A stretch of 64,000 bases of DNA, taken from Alphaproteobacteria bacterium. Lineage in GTDB: Bacteria; Pseudomonadota; Alphaproteobacteria; UBA2966. The stretch spans positions 544,001 to 608,000 of the forward strand of contig OZ219858.1 in assembly GCA_964291395.2 (NCBI GenBank). The letters run 5' to 3'. Below are positions 17,335 to 27,442 of the stretch, piece after piece; the first letter of the stretch is position 1, and each line of letters starts with the position of its first letter. The notes beneath the pieces are model-generated. The model did not search any database and had not been told where the DNA came from. It worked only from the letters and a program-made list of their open reading frames with translations. Made by a program: the position numbers and the translations under genes.

Positions 17335-19383
17335 GTGACCGTTCAAAACTATCTCGTCGGAATCGACGTCGGTGGAACCTTCACCGACGTTCTTTGCTAT
17401 GACCTCGCGGAAGAGCGGTTTCTGTCCGCCAAGGTGCCTTCACTCCCCGGTGAGCAATGGCGTGGCGTGCTGGATGCGCTCGAAGCGCTCGGCATCAAGC
17501 ACGGAGCCATCGTCGCGTTCGTGCACGGCACCACCATCGCCACGAACGCGCTGCTCGAGCGCAAGGGTGCGAAGACCGGATTGGTCACCACCGAGGGATT
17601 TCGCGACGTGCTCGAGATCGGCAAATGCCGGCGCCTGATCGGCGGGTTGTTCAACATCAAGTTCGTCCGTCCCGCACCACTGGTGAGCCGCGACATTCGC
17701 CTCGAGGTTCCGGAGCGGGTCACGGCCGACGGCGAAATCCTGCGGCCGGTCGCGGGCATCGACTTCTCCGAGGTCGTCGAGAAATTCAACGCGGAAGAGG
17801 TCGAGGCGGTCGCGGTCTGTTTCCTGAATTCCTACGTGAACGAGGAGAACGAACGGGCGGCGGAGGCGGCGTTGTCGAAACTGATGAACGGTACGCACAT
17901 CTGCACGTCTTCGGGAGTGGTGCGCGAGCGTGGAGAGTTCGAGCGTTTCTCCACCGCCGTGCTGAACGCCTATCTGACCCCCAATTTCATCGACTATCTC
18001 GATACCCTCGCCAATGAGCTCGAAGGGCGCGGCGTTTCGGCGCCCGTCAACATCATGGGGTCGAACGGCGGCGCCATGACCCTCGAGAAGGCGCGCGAGT
18101 TCGTGGTCAACACGTTCCTGTCGGGCCCGGTGGGCGGCGTCAGCGGCGCGGTGCGGGTCTCCGAGCTCGCGGACCAGCACAATGTCATCACCTTCGACAT
18201 GGGAGGCACCAGCACCGACGTGGCGCTGGTCTCCGATCTCAGCCCGCGCATCTCGCACGCCAACCAGATCGACGCCTACCCGCTCCAGGTCCCGCAGCTC
18301 GACATGCATTCCATCGGTGCCGGCGGAGGCAGCATCATCTGGGTGCGGCCGGACGGCACTCTCGAAGTCGGCCCCCAAAGCGCCGGCGCGGTCCCCGGCC
18401 CGGCCTGCTATCAGCGGGGCGGCACCGATCCCACGATCTCGGACGCCAATCTGTTGATGGGACGACTGCCGACCGAGCGTAAGCTGTCGGGTGGACTCGT
18501 GCTGTCCTACGATCTGGCGGAAAAGGCCTTCCAGGACGTCGCGGAGAAGCTCGGGGCCGCCGACGCCGATCCGGTCAGGCTCGCCGACTCGGTCCTGCGC
18601 ATCGCCGTCGCGAAGATGGCGGGCGCCGTGCGCGAAGTTTCCGTGCACCGCGGCTACGACCCCCGCGACTTCACCATGGTCGGATTCGGCGGCGCCGGTC
18701 CGATGCATGTCTTCCTCGTCGCCGAGGAACTCGGCATCGCCAATGTGATCGTTCCGCGTTTCCCGGGTCACCTCTCGGCGCTCGGCCAATTGCTGGCCGA
18801 CCAGCGCCGCGACTACGCCGACCCTTTCAAGGGGCGGCTTCGCGAGATCGATCCGGACGAACTGCGGGACCGTTTCGAGGCGCTGCGCAAGGCCGGTGCG
18901 AGCGAGCTCGACGGCAACGGGTTCGGCCCCGACCGTCAGGAGTTCGAATATATCTGCGACATGCGGTATGTCGGCCAGTCGTTCACCCTGCGCATCCCCT
19001 GGCGGCCGGATTGGACGTCGAACGAGCCGCTTCGCGATGCCTTCAACGAACGGCACGAACGGACGTTTGGCTACGCCGACAAGGAGAACGACGCCGAAAT
19101 CAACACCATCCGATTGACGGCGACCGGTATGGTCGACAAGACCGAGCTCAGCTTCGAACCCGAGTCTACCGGCGACCCGCTGCTCGAGAAACGCCGGGCC
19201 TGGTTCAACGGCGAGTGGATCGATTGCCCGATCTACGACCGGGCGTGCATGCGGTCCGGATACGAGTTCGCGGGTCCCGGCATCGTCGAAGAGGCGGGAG
19301 GAACGTCGATCGTGCCGCCCGGTTGGCGCGTACGCCTCCATGACTCGGGCGCCCTGGTCTGTGAATATAGGGACGAGGGCTGA
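17335..19383 (+). CDS. Hydantoinase A/oxoprolinase-family ATP-binding subunit
   Basis: GIDVGGTFTD, HGTTIATNALLER, LSGPVGG, DMGGTSTD, IGAGGGS, GGAGPMH; GTG start after GAGGAGG. Confidence 0.92.
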   Translation: MTVQNYLVGIDVGGTFTDVLCYDLAEERFLSAKVPSLPGEQWRGVLDALEALGIKHGAIVAFVHGTTIATNALLERKGAKTGLVTTEGFRDVLEIGKCRRLIGGLFNIKFVRPAPLVSRDIRLEVPERVTADGEILRPVAGIDFSEVVEKFNAEEVEAVAVCFLNSYVNEENERAAEAALSKLMNGTHICTSSGVVRERGEFERFSTAVLNAYLTPNFIDYLDTLANELEGRGVSAPVNIMGSNGGAMTLEKAREFVVNTFLSGPVGGVSGAVRVSELADQHNVITFDMGGTSTDVALVSDLSPRISHANQIDAYPLQVPQLDMHSIGAGGGSIIWVRPDGTLEVGPQSAGAVPGPACYQRGGTDPTISDANLLMGRLPTERKLSGGLVLSYDLAEKAFQDVAEKLGAADADPVRLADSVLRIAVAKMAGAVREVSVHRGYDPRDFTMVGFGGAGPMHVFLVAEELGIANVIVPRFPGHLSALGQLLADQRRDYADPFKGRLREIDPDELRDRFEALRKAGASELDGNGFGPDRQEFEYICDMRYVGQSFTLRIPWRPDWTSNEPLRDAFNERHERTFGYADKENDAEINTIRLTATGMVDKTELSFEPESTGDPLLEKRRAWFNGEWIDCPIYDRACMRSGYEFAGPGIVEEAGGTSIVPPGWRVRLHDSGALVCEYRDEG

Positions 19384-19430
19384 ACCGCACCTGTTCACCG
19401 TTGCTACCGGCGACGGGAAGGAGTGAACCG

Positions 19431-20792
19431 ATGAGCCAAACCGAAACGACCGCCGGGCAAGCCACGGACCAGCCCGGCCCACGCAGCATGAAGGAGTACT
19501 ACGAGATCGCCGAGCAGGTGCTGCCCGGCGCGGGTCTTGCCATCTACTCCAATCCGGACGACATCCGCTTCGTCGTCCACAAAGGGGAGGGCGCCAGACT
19601 CCAGGACGTCGACGGGAAGTGGTACGTCGACTATTCGATGGCGGCGTCCGTCAACATCCTGGGCCACGCCCACCCGGCGATCGCGAGTGCGATGAGCGAT
19701 CAGCTCACGCGGGGGCACCTCCACTTTGGCAACCTCAATGTCCCGGTGATCGAACTCGCCAAGGAGCTCGTCGATGCCATCCCCTGCGCCGAGATGGTGG
19801 TGTTCGGCTCCACGGGTTCCGAGGCGAACGCCTATGCGCTGCGGCTCGCACGTGCCTTCACGGGTCGCGACAAGGTCATGAAGTTCGAAGGCGCCTACCA
19901 CGGGGCCCACGACTATTCGGCGATCAGCACGTTCGGCGGCGGGGCCACCGGCATGCCCCACATCGCCAACTTCCCCCAGGGCGTCGCCGACGGTGCCGGC
20001 ATCCCGCAGGCCGTGCAGGACACGGTTCTCGTCGCACCCTTCAACGATCTCGAAGCGGTGCGCAGGATCATGGAGGAGCACGCCGGCGAGATCGCGGCCC
20101 TGACCACGGAGCTCGTGCAGCGCAACATTCCGCCGCATCCCGACTTCCACCAAGGTCTGCGCGACCTCTGCGACGAGTTCGACATCCTGCTCATCTACGA
20201 CGAGGTGGTCTCGGGCTTCCGCATGTCCTATGGCGGCGGCCAGCAGTACTACGGGGTGACGCCCGATCTCGCGGCGTACGGCAAGATCATCGGCGGGGGC
20301 GCGGCCCTGGCCGCGGTCGCCGGGCGGGCGGAGATCATCGCTCAGGCGAACCCGCGCCGCCGCGGCGAGGACGACTACGTGTTCGTCAACGGCACCCACT
20401 GCGGCAACCCTCTGGCCGCGGCTGCCGGTCTCGCCTGCCTGCGCGAGCTCAAGAAGCCCGGCACCTACGACTGGTTGAACGGCCAGGCCGAGAAGATGCG
20501 CCAGGAGGCCCAGAAGGTGTTCGACCGGCACGACATGCCGATCCTCTCCTACGGGGTCGCTTCCTACTGGAACATCCTGTTCCGCGATGCCCCGCCCCGG
20601 AATCAGGCGGACATGGACGCCACCGGCGACCTGAAGGCGAGCAAGGAGTTCGATCTCGAGCTCGTTCGCCAGGGCGTCTACGTCCTGCCCATCAACCGGC
20701 GCTATTTCTCGCTCGCCCACGACGACGGGATTCTGGAAGAGAGCCTGCGGCGGCTCGACGCGGCCTGCCGCGTCTGGACGGCCAGGCACTAG
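19431..20792 (+). CDS. Class III aminotransferase (glutamate-1-semialdehyde-aminomutase-like)
   Basis: ILGHAHP, TGSEAN, KFEGAYHG, DEVVSGFR, YGKIIGGG, GTHCGNP. Confidence 0.88.
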   Translation: MSQTETTAGQATDQPGPRSMKEYYEIAEQVLPGAGLAIYSNPDDIRFVVHKGEGARLQDVDGKWYVDYSMAASVNILGHAHPAIASAMSDQLTRGHLHFGNLNVPVIELAKELVDAIPCAEMVVFGSTGSEANAYALRLARAFTGRDKVMKFEGAYHGAHDYSAISTFGGGATGMPHIANFPQGVADGAGIPQAVQDTVLVAPFNDLEAVRRIMEEHAGEIAALTTELVQRNIPPHPDFHQGLRDLCDEFDILLIYDEVVSGFRMSYGGGQQYYGVTPDLAAYGKIIGGGAALAAVAGRAEIIAQANPRRRGEDDYVFVNGTHCGNPLAAAAGLACLRELKKPGTYDWLNGQAEKMRQEAQKVFDRHDMPILSYGVASYWNILFRDAPPRNQADMDATGDLKASKEFDLELVRQGVYVLPINRRYFSLAHDDGILEESLRRLDAACRVWTARH

Positions 20793-20804
20793 AGGACTTC
20801 GCCG

Positions 20805-21542
20805 ATGGCCGGACCGCCGATCGATGCGGCCGGCCGCCTCATCGTCGCGCTCGACGTTCCCACCGTCGCGGAGGCGCGCGAGATCGTGCGCACGCTCGAC
20901 GGCGCCGTCACGTTCTACAAGGTCGGCCTGCACCTCCAGTGGGACGGCGACGTCCAGCCCTTCATCCGGGAACTGCTCGGGGCCGGTCGACGGGTCTTCG
21001 TCGACTACAAGTACGCCGACATCGGAGCGACCATGCGGGGCGGCGTGGCCGGCGCGAGCCGGATTGGGGCGACCTTCCTGACCATCCAGGGCAGCGGCGA
21101 GGCGACCGGCGAGGCGATCGACGCCGCCCTGAAGGGGCGCGGCGACAGGGCGTTCCCGAAGCTCCTGCTCGTGACGGTCCTGACCAGTGTCGACGATGCC
21201 GACGTGGCGGCCCTCGGCCGTCACCGGACGGTGGCCGGACTCGCCGTGGAACGGGCCGAGCGCGCCGCGGACGCCGGTCTGGATGGCGTCATCGCGTCCG
21301 GGCACGAGGCGGCGGCGATCCGGGCGGTGGTGCCCGAAGGCTTCATCATCGTCACCCCGGGCGTGCGGCCGGCGTCAGCGGCCAGTGACGATCAGAAGCG
21401 CATCGTGACCCCTGCCGCGGCCATTGCCGCGGGGGCCGACTACCTCGTGGTCGGTCGGCCGATCATCGCCCACGACGACCGGCGCGCTGCCGCCGAAGCC
21501 ATCATCGCCGAGATGCGGCCGGCCTTCGAAGCGCCCACCTGA
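20805..21542 (+). CDS. pyrF: Orotidine-5'-phosphate decarboxylase
   Basis: LIVALD, YKVG, DYKYADIGAT, VTVLTS, VTPGVRP, DDQKR, LVVGRPI. Confidence 0.95.
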   Translation: MAGPPIDAAGRLIVALDVPTVAEAREIVRTLDGAVTFYKVGLHLQWDGDVQPFIRELLGAGRRVFVDYKYADIGATMRGGVAGASRIGATFLTIQGSGEATGEAIDAALKGRGDRAFPKLLLVTVLTSVDDADVAALGRHRTVAGLAVERAERAADAGLDGVIASGHEAAAIRAVVPEGFIIVTPGVRPASAASDDQKRIVTPAAAIAAGADYLVVGRPIIAHDDRRAAAEAIIAEMRPAFEAPT

Positions 21543-21635
21543 AATCGGTGGAGAACGGTTTTGCTTTGGGCAATCGCGCCACTATGATGCCGCCGCGCTC
21601 TCCGTGTGCGGTGGGCAGGTCACGCCGGCAGTCTC

Positions 21636-22859
21636 ATGAACCGTATTCTCGAAGGCCTCCGCATCGTCGAAGGCTCCGCTTTCGTCGCGGCCCCGCTCGG
21701 CGGCATGACCCTGGCCCAGATGGGCGCCGACGTGATTCGCTTCGACCCCGTCGGCGGCGGCCTCGACTGGAATCGCTGGCCGGTCACCGACGACGGGGTC
21801 TCGCTCTACTGGGTCGGACTGAACAAGGGCAAGCGCTCGGTCGCCATCAACCTGCGGGAGGAGGAAGGGCGAGAGTTGGCGCGCTCGTTGATCACGGCGC
21901 CCGGCGAGAACGGCGGGCTGTTTCTGACGAATTTCCCGCCCTCGGGCTGGCTCGCCTATGACAGGCTCAAAGAGGAGCGCGACGACCTCATCGTCATGAA
22001 CATCCTGGGTCACAACGACGGATCGTCCGCCGTCGACTATACCGTCAACTGCGCCGTCGGATACCCGTATGCCACGGGAAGCGCCCATCGCGACGCGCCG
22101 GTCAATCACGTCTTTCCGGGCTGGGACGCGGTGTGCGGCGTCACCGCGGCCGCCGGCCTCCTCGCCGCCGAGCGGCATCGCCGCCTGACCGGAGAGGGCC
22201 AATACGTCAGTTTGGCGCTCTCCGACGTGGCCTACGGGATGGTCGGAAATTTCGGGCACATCGCGGAAGCCCAGATCAAGAAGGAGGTCCGTCCGCCTTA
22301 CGGCAACGACCTCTACGGCGCCTACGGGCGCGACTTCGGGACGCGCGACGGCAAACGCATCATGATCGTCGCGATCACTCCCCGGCAATGGACCGAGTTG
22401 GTGAAGGTCGTGGGCATCCAGGAGAAGGTGGCGCACATCGAGGCCCTCATGGACCGGGACCTGAGCAGGGAGGGGGACCGGTTCGAGGCGCGCGACGCCA
22501 TCAGCGCCGTGGTCCGGCCATGGGTCGAGGCACGCACCCTGGCAGAGGTCGAGGCGGCCTTCGACGGCACCGGCGTCTGCTGGGGGCTCTATCGGGATTT
22601 CGTCGAGATGGTTGAGAACGATCCGCGATGCTCGCCGGCCAACCCCATGTTCGAGGAGCTCGAGCAGCCGGGAGTCGGGCGTTATCTCGTGCCGGGCTCG
22701 CCGCTGTGTTTCGGGGCATCGCCCCGCGTGCCCGTCAAGCCCGCGCCGCGGCTCGGCGAGAACACCGACGAGGTTCTGGCCTCGATTCTGGGACTCGGCG
22801 ATGGCCACATCGGCGATCTGCACGATCGCGGAATCATCGCCGGCCCAACCAACGAATAG
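21636..22859 (+). CDS. mct: Family III CoA-transferase, mesaconyl-CoA C1-C4 transferase-like
   Basis: LRIVEGSAFVAAPLGGMTLAQMGADVIRFDP-GGGLD, LNKGKRS, VDYTVN, PVNHVFP-WD, GNDLYGAYGRDF, as I recall for Chloroflexus Mct. Confidence 0.85.
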   Translation: MNRILEGLRIVEGSAFVAAPLGGMTLAQMGADVIRFDPVGGGLDWNRWPVTDDGVSLYWVGLNKGKRSVAINLREEEGRELARSLITAPGENGGLFLTNFPPSGWLAYDRLKEERDDLIVMNILGHNDGSSAVDYTVNCAVGYPYATGSAHRDAPVNHVFPGWDAVCGVTAAAGLLAAERHRRLTGEGQYVSLALSDVAYGMVGNFGHIAEAQIKKEVRPPYGNDLYGAYGRDFGTRDGKRIMIVAITPRQWTELVKVVGIQEKVAHIEALMDRDLSREGDRFEARDAISAVVRPWVEARTLAEVEAAFDGTGVCWGLYRDFVEMVENDPRCSPANPMFEELEQPGVGRYLVPGSPLCFGASPRVPVKPAPRLGENTDEVLASILGLGDGHIGDLHDRGIIAGPTNE

Positions 22860-22862
22860 GAC

Positions 22863-23720
22863 ATGACCATGAGCGTCGCGGAGACGCCCTATACCGATTG
22901 GATCGGGAACACCCAGGCGATCGAGGACTACATCTCGCCCACCCCGGTCCGCCTCCTGCAGATGACCCTCGACGATACGGAGGCCACGCTCCGGGACGGG
23001 GATTCGCTGCCGCCGATCTGGCACTGGTGCTATTTCCTCGAGGCCGCGCCCCAATCGACCCTTGGTCCGGACGGCCATGCGCCCCGCGGCGGTTTTCTGC
23101 CGCCCGTGGCGCTGCCCCGCCGTATGTTCGCCGGCGGGCGGTTGAAATTCCCGGCGCCGCTTCGCATCGGCGCATCGGCGCGCCAGACCGCCGAGATCAA
23201 GAGCGTCGTCGAGAAGGAGGGCCGGTCGGGACGGCTCTGCTTCGTCACCGTGCTCTACACCACGGAACAGGATGGCACGGTCTGCATCGAGGAGGAGCGC
23301 GACTTCGTCTACCGCGAGGAGGGCGCGCCGCTGTCCGCACCGGAACCGGTCGAGCTGCCCGGCGTGCCCGAAGGGGCGTGGTCGCGCACCGTGACGCCGG
23401 ATCCGGTGATGCTGTTCCGCTATTCGGCGCTGACCTTCAACGGACATCGCATCCATTACGACCAGCCGTACGTCACGCAGGTCGAGCATTACCCGGGCCT
23501 GATCGTCCACGGTCCCTTGATCGCGACCCTGCTGCTCGAGGTGGTGCGCCTCAATCAGGACCGGCCCGTGGCGGCCTTCTCCTTCCAGGCGCGGGCGCCC
23601 CTCTTCGACCTGGCGCCGTTCCGTGTCGTCGCGACGCCGGGCGGGGGCGACGACGTCGACCTCAAGGCCGAAGGACCGGATGGCACGCTCAGCATGCAGG
23701 CCACCGCGACGCTGGGGTAA
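22863..23720 (+). CDS. meh: Double hot-dog hydratase, mesaconyl-C4-CoA/itaconyl-CoA hydratase-like
   Basis: LPPIWHWCYF, DGH--RGGFLPP, RRMFAG, LFRYSALTFNGHRIHYD, VHGPL; directly follows mct. Confidence 0.8.
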   Translation: MTMSVAETPYTDWIGNTQAIEDYISPTPVRLLQMTLDDTEATLRDGDSLPPIWHWCYFLEAAPQSTLGPDGHAPRGGFLPPVALPRRMFAGGRLKFPAPLRIGASARQTAEIKSVVEKEGRSGRLCFVTVLYTTEQDGTVCIEEERDFVYREEGAPLSAPEPVELPGVPEGAWSRTVTPDPVMLFRYSALTFNGHRIHYDQPYVTQVEHYPGLIVHGPLIATLLLEVVRLNQDRPVAAFSFQARAPLFDLAPFRVVATPGGGDDVDLKAEGPDGTLSMQATATLG

Positions 23721-23723
23721 ACG

Positions 23724-24611
23724 CTACTTCTCCTGGCTCTTCGACACCGGGTCGCCGAGCGGGATCTCCATGAGATCCTCGCCGTAATAGAGATTCCCTT
23801 CGTAGATCGCGCCGATCTCCCGCAGCACCTTCTCACGGACCCCCGGCTTGTCGATCTGCGGCAGCACGTGGGTGACCACGAGGCTCTTGGCCTTCGCCTC
23901 CTTGGCCATGCGGGCGATCTCGAGGTGGCCGGCGGAGCCGCGGGCATATTCCCTCGACCGCTCGGTGCCGCTGTAATACGGGCACATGTAGACCAGCACA
24001 TCGGCATTCCGGGCAAGCTTGACCATCGCTTTGCACGGCCCGCAATCGCCTGAATAGGCGAACACCCCCTCCGCGGTCTCCATCCGGAAACCATAGGAGA
24101 TCAGATAGGGCTGAACGTGCGGCACCGACCGTGCCGTGACCCTCCAGCCATCGCCCGTGATGGTCTGGCCGGAGCGGATTTCCGTGACCACGGGCCTGGG
24201 CTTTTTGCGGACGCCCGTCCCGCCCCGGGACTGGTAGACGTCGATCGAGCCCTGGTGCCTGGTCCGTGCCTCGAGGTCGGGTCCGAAGACGCCGTTCTTG
24301 CCGATGAGCGCCCGGGTCATCCGCTTGGTGTGGGGCGGACCGTAGACCACGAGTTCCGGGATCTTCCCGGCTCCCTGGTCCCAACGCGTGAGCAGCAGGC
24401 GGGCGTAGTCGAGACAATGGTCGTAGTGCAGATGGCTGAAGAAGACGTGGGTGATGTCGACGGCCCGCTTGCCCGCTTCCATCATGCGGTGATAGGTGCC
24501 GGGCCCCTGGTCGAACAGAATGATGTCGTCGCCCACCTCCACCATGTAGCCGGAGCTCGCCCGGTGAAGCTGCGGCTTGGGCACGCCGGTGCCCAGCAGG
24601 GTGATCTTCAT
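23724..24611 (-). CDS. MBL-fold metallohydrolase (RNase Z/AtsA-like), paralog 2
   Basis: LLGTG, SHLHYDH, YSGDCG, VTH. Confidence 0.9.
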   Translation of the reverse strand: MKITLLGTGVPKPQLHRASSGYMVEVGDDIILFDQGPGTYHRMMEAGKRAVDITHVFFSHLHYDHCLDYARLLLTRWDQGAGKIPELVVYGPPHTKRMTRALIGKNGVFGPDLEARTRHQGSIDVYQSRGGTGVRKKPRPVVTEIRSGQTITGDGWRVTARSVPHVQPYLISYGFRMETAEGVFAYSGDCGPCKAMVKLARNADVLVYMCPYYSGTERSREYARGSAGHLEIARMAKEAKAKSLVVTHVLPQIDKPGVREKVLREIGAIYEGNLYYGEDLMEIPLGDPVSKSQEK

Positions 24612-24621
24612 GGGGCGCTTC

Positions 24622-25509
24622 CTAACGTTCCCGGTCCGTTGCCATCGGCGCCTCGAGCGGGATTTCCATGAGGTCCTCGCCGAAGAAGAGATTCCCCTTG
24701 TAGACCTTGCCCATGTCGCGCAGCACCTTCTCGCGCAGGCCGGGCTCGTCCATCTGCTTCAGTACATGGCTGACGACGAGGTTTTTCACGCCGGCGGCCT
24801 GTCCGACCTCCGCGACCTCCATGTGGCCGGCCACGCCCTTGGCGAAGGCCTTGCTGGGCTCCGTACCCGACAGATAATGGGTCATGTAGACCATGACGTC
24901 CGCGCCCTTCGCGAGTTTCTTCATGGCGTTGCAAGGGCCGCAGTCGCCCGAGTACACGAACGAGCCGTCGTCGGTGTCGAGGCGGAAGCCGTAGGAGATC
25001 AGATACGGCTGCACGTGCGGCACCGAGGTCGCGCGCACGGCCCAGCCGTTTCCCCTTATCACCTGACCGCTGCGGATCTCCGTGACCTCCGGATTGGGCT
25101 TCTTGCGCTTTCCCTTGCCGCCGCGCGACTCGTAGACGTCGATCGAGACCTGATGCTTGGTGCGGGCTTCGAGATCGGGGCCGAACACGCCGTTCTTGCC
25201 GATGATCGCCCGGGTCATGCGCTTCGTGTGCGGCGGGCCGTAGACCTTGAGCTCGGGAATCGTTCCCGCGCCCTGATCCCAGTGGGTCATCAGCAGGCGC
25301 ATGTAGTCGAGGCAGTGGTCATAGTGGAGGTGGCTGAAGAACACGTGGGTCACGTCGACCGCGCGTTTGCCCGCCTCCATCATGCGGTGATAGGCCCCGG
25401 GTCCGTGGTCGAAGAGAATGACGTCGTCGCCGACCTCGACCATGTAGCCGGAGCTCATGCGCTTGAGCGATGGCGCGGGCGTCCCCGTGCCGAGCAGTGT
25501 TATCTTCAT
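24622..25509 (-). CDS. MBL-fold metallohydrolase (RNase Z/AtsA-like), paralog 1
   Basis: LLGTG, SHLHYDH, YSGDCG, VSH; collinear with the downstream paralog. Confidence 0.9.
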   Translation of the reverse strand: MKITLLGTGTPAPSLKRMSSGYMVEVGDDVILFDHGPGAYHRMMEAGKRAVDVTHVFFSHLHYDHCLDYMRLLMTHWDQGAGTIPELKVYGPPHTKRMTRAIIGKNGVFGPDLEARTKHQVSIDVYESRGGKGKRKKPNPEVTEIRSGQVIRGNGWAVRATSVPHVQPYLISYGFRLDTDDGSFVYSGDCGPCNAMKKLAKGADVMVYMTHYLSGTEPSKAFAKGVAGHMEVAEVGQAAGVKNLVVSHVLKQMDEPGLREKVLRDMGKVYKGNLFFGEDLMEIPLEAPMATDRER

Positions 25510-25804
25510 CTCCCGTTTCCCTCCCGACGCGAAGCGGTCCGATTTACGTCCACTATCCAAAGCCGGACGCAGGAACGCAAGGTTTCGCCGCCGCGCGTGC
25601 CGCACGGGAGAGGTGCGGGGAAGATCAGGTTCGGACATGGATGAGACGCGGCGCTCGAAGGAGGACTCCAGTTCCCCCCTGTCAAGGGGGAATGAGACCG
25701 TCACGGGCCGACCGGTGCCCGGCTCGAGAGACCCCCGCCTCATACGTCCTGAACCGGGACGCCCGGTTGACCGTCACGGGTGCCGCCGCCACGATGCCGC
25801 ACCC

Positions 25805-26967
25805 ATGACCGGAACCGCCGTTCCCATCCGCCAGACCATCGCCGACATTCCGACCTCGGCCATTCGCCGGATCGCCACCATCGGGATGCAGATGGATGAC
25901 GTCATCCCGCTCTGGTTCGGCGAACCCGATGCGCCGACACCGGACTTCATCGCCGAGGCCGGCGCGAGAGCCCTGCGGGAAGGCAGGACCCGGTACACCC
26001 TCAACCGGGGCATCCCGGAACTGCGCGCCGCCCTCGCCGCGTACATGGAGGCCTCTACGGCAAGACGGTCGATGTCGAGCGCGTCACCGTGACGGCGTCG
26101 GCCATGAACGCCATCGCCTTGATCATGCAGTGCCTCATCGATCCCGGGGACAACGCCGTGATGGTCGGGCCGCTGTGGCCGAACATTCCCGCGTGCGCCC
26201 GCATCATGGGCGGCGAGGTGCGGGAGATCGCCCTGACGCCCGGCGAGGAACGTTGGACCCTCGACCTGGACCGTCTGTTCGACGCCGCCGACGAGCGGAC
26301 CCGGGGCGTGCTGGTGAATTCGCCGAGCAACCCGACGGGGTGGGTCATGTCGCGCGACGAGCAGAAAGCCGTCCTCGACTTCTGCCGCAAGCGGGGGATC
26401 TGGGTCATCGCCGACGAGGTCTACGATCGGATCGTTTACGAAGGGACTTTCGCCCCGTCGTTCCTGGAGATCGCGCAACCGGAGGATCTGGTCCTGCGCG
26501 TCAACTCGTTCTCGAAGTCCTGGGCCATGACGGGCTGGCGGCTCGGCTGGATCACCGCGCCGGCGGCGTTCGGACCCGTCATCGAGAAGATGACGGAATT
26601 CAATGTCGCCAATGCCCCGTCGGTGGCCCAGTACGCGGGCATCGCGGCGCTTGCCGAGGGCGAGCCCTTCATCCGCGACACGGTCGGCCGCTATCGCGCC
26701 GCCCGCGATCTGACCTATCAGCGGCTGGGCTCGATGCCGCGCGTGCGCCTCTCCCTGCCGCGGGGTGCCTTCTATGCCTTCCTCGCGGTGGACGGCGTCA
26801 CCGATTCGCTCGCCTTTGCGGAGGACATGCTGCGCCGGACTCGCGTCGGCCTGGCGCCGGGAATCGCCTTCGGGCCACGAAGTGAAGGGTATCTCAGGCT
26901 ATGTTTCGCGAGTGCTCTCGACACGTTGTCCGCGGGATTCGACAGGATCGAGCCGTTGATGTCGTGA
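25805..26967 (+). pseudogene. Class I/II (aspartate-type) aminotransferase split by a 1-bp frameshift near 26050
   Basis: 5' frame LWFGEPDAPTP...YT-NRGIPELR; 3' frame NSPSNPTG, ADEVY, NSFSKSWAMTGWRLG; adding one G at ATGGAG^GCCTCTAC restores YMEGLYGKTVDVERVTVT. Confidence 0.8.
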
Positions 26968-27076
26968 GGCTTCCCGCCGGTTGTCGGCATCCGCGGTCGT
27001 GAAAGTCGGCAGGGCACGGCCATTCCGTGCCATGATGCAACTCTCGATAGTTTGCCAAGCGGCGGGGAGGACGGTC

Positions 27077-27373
27077 ATGGCTACCTACATCGTGTTGTCG
27101 AAGTTCACGCAACAGGGCGTTCAGAACATCAAGGATTCGCCCAAGCGGCTCGCCGCGGACAAACGGCTCGCCAAGAGCCTCGGCGGCCGGATCCGTTCGT
27201 TCTACATGACGATGGGGTCGTACGACGTGGTCGCCGTGCTCGAGTTGCCGGACGACGACGCGGCGGCGACGTTCGCGCTCCAGATGGGGCGGTCGGGGAA
27301 CGCCAGCACCGAGACGCTCAAAGCGTTTCCCGAGGCCGACTACCGGAAGATCATCGGCAGCCTGCCGGAGTAG
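27077..27373 (+). CDS. GYD-domain protein
   Basis: MATYIVLSKFTQQG, MGSYDVV, TETLKAF; RBS GGAGG. Confidence 0.85.
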   Translation: MATYIVLSKFTQQGVQNIKDSPKRLAADKRLAKSLGGRIRSFYMTMGSYDVVAVLELPDDDAAATFALQMGRSGNASTETLKAFPEADYRKIIGSLPE

Positions 27374-27442
27374 CCGTCCGGATCTTCTCGCTCCTGAGGG
27401 AAATGCGGCGCCGGGGCGGCAAGGCGCCGCGTCCCGGATATC

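Noticed and set aside
20805-21542. pyrF as part of the hydantoinase catabolic pathway
   Set aside because: Normal catalytic motifs; adjacency alone does not support a functional link
25672-25692. TTCCCCC-N7-GGGGGAA hairpin as a REP/MITE family member
   Set aside because: Single short copy in the window; cannot be supported as a repeat family
26040-26095. Programmed ribosomal frameshift in the aminotransferase
   Set aside because: No slippery heptamer or evident stimulatory structure; a simple 1-bp loss explains it
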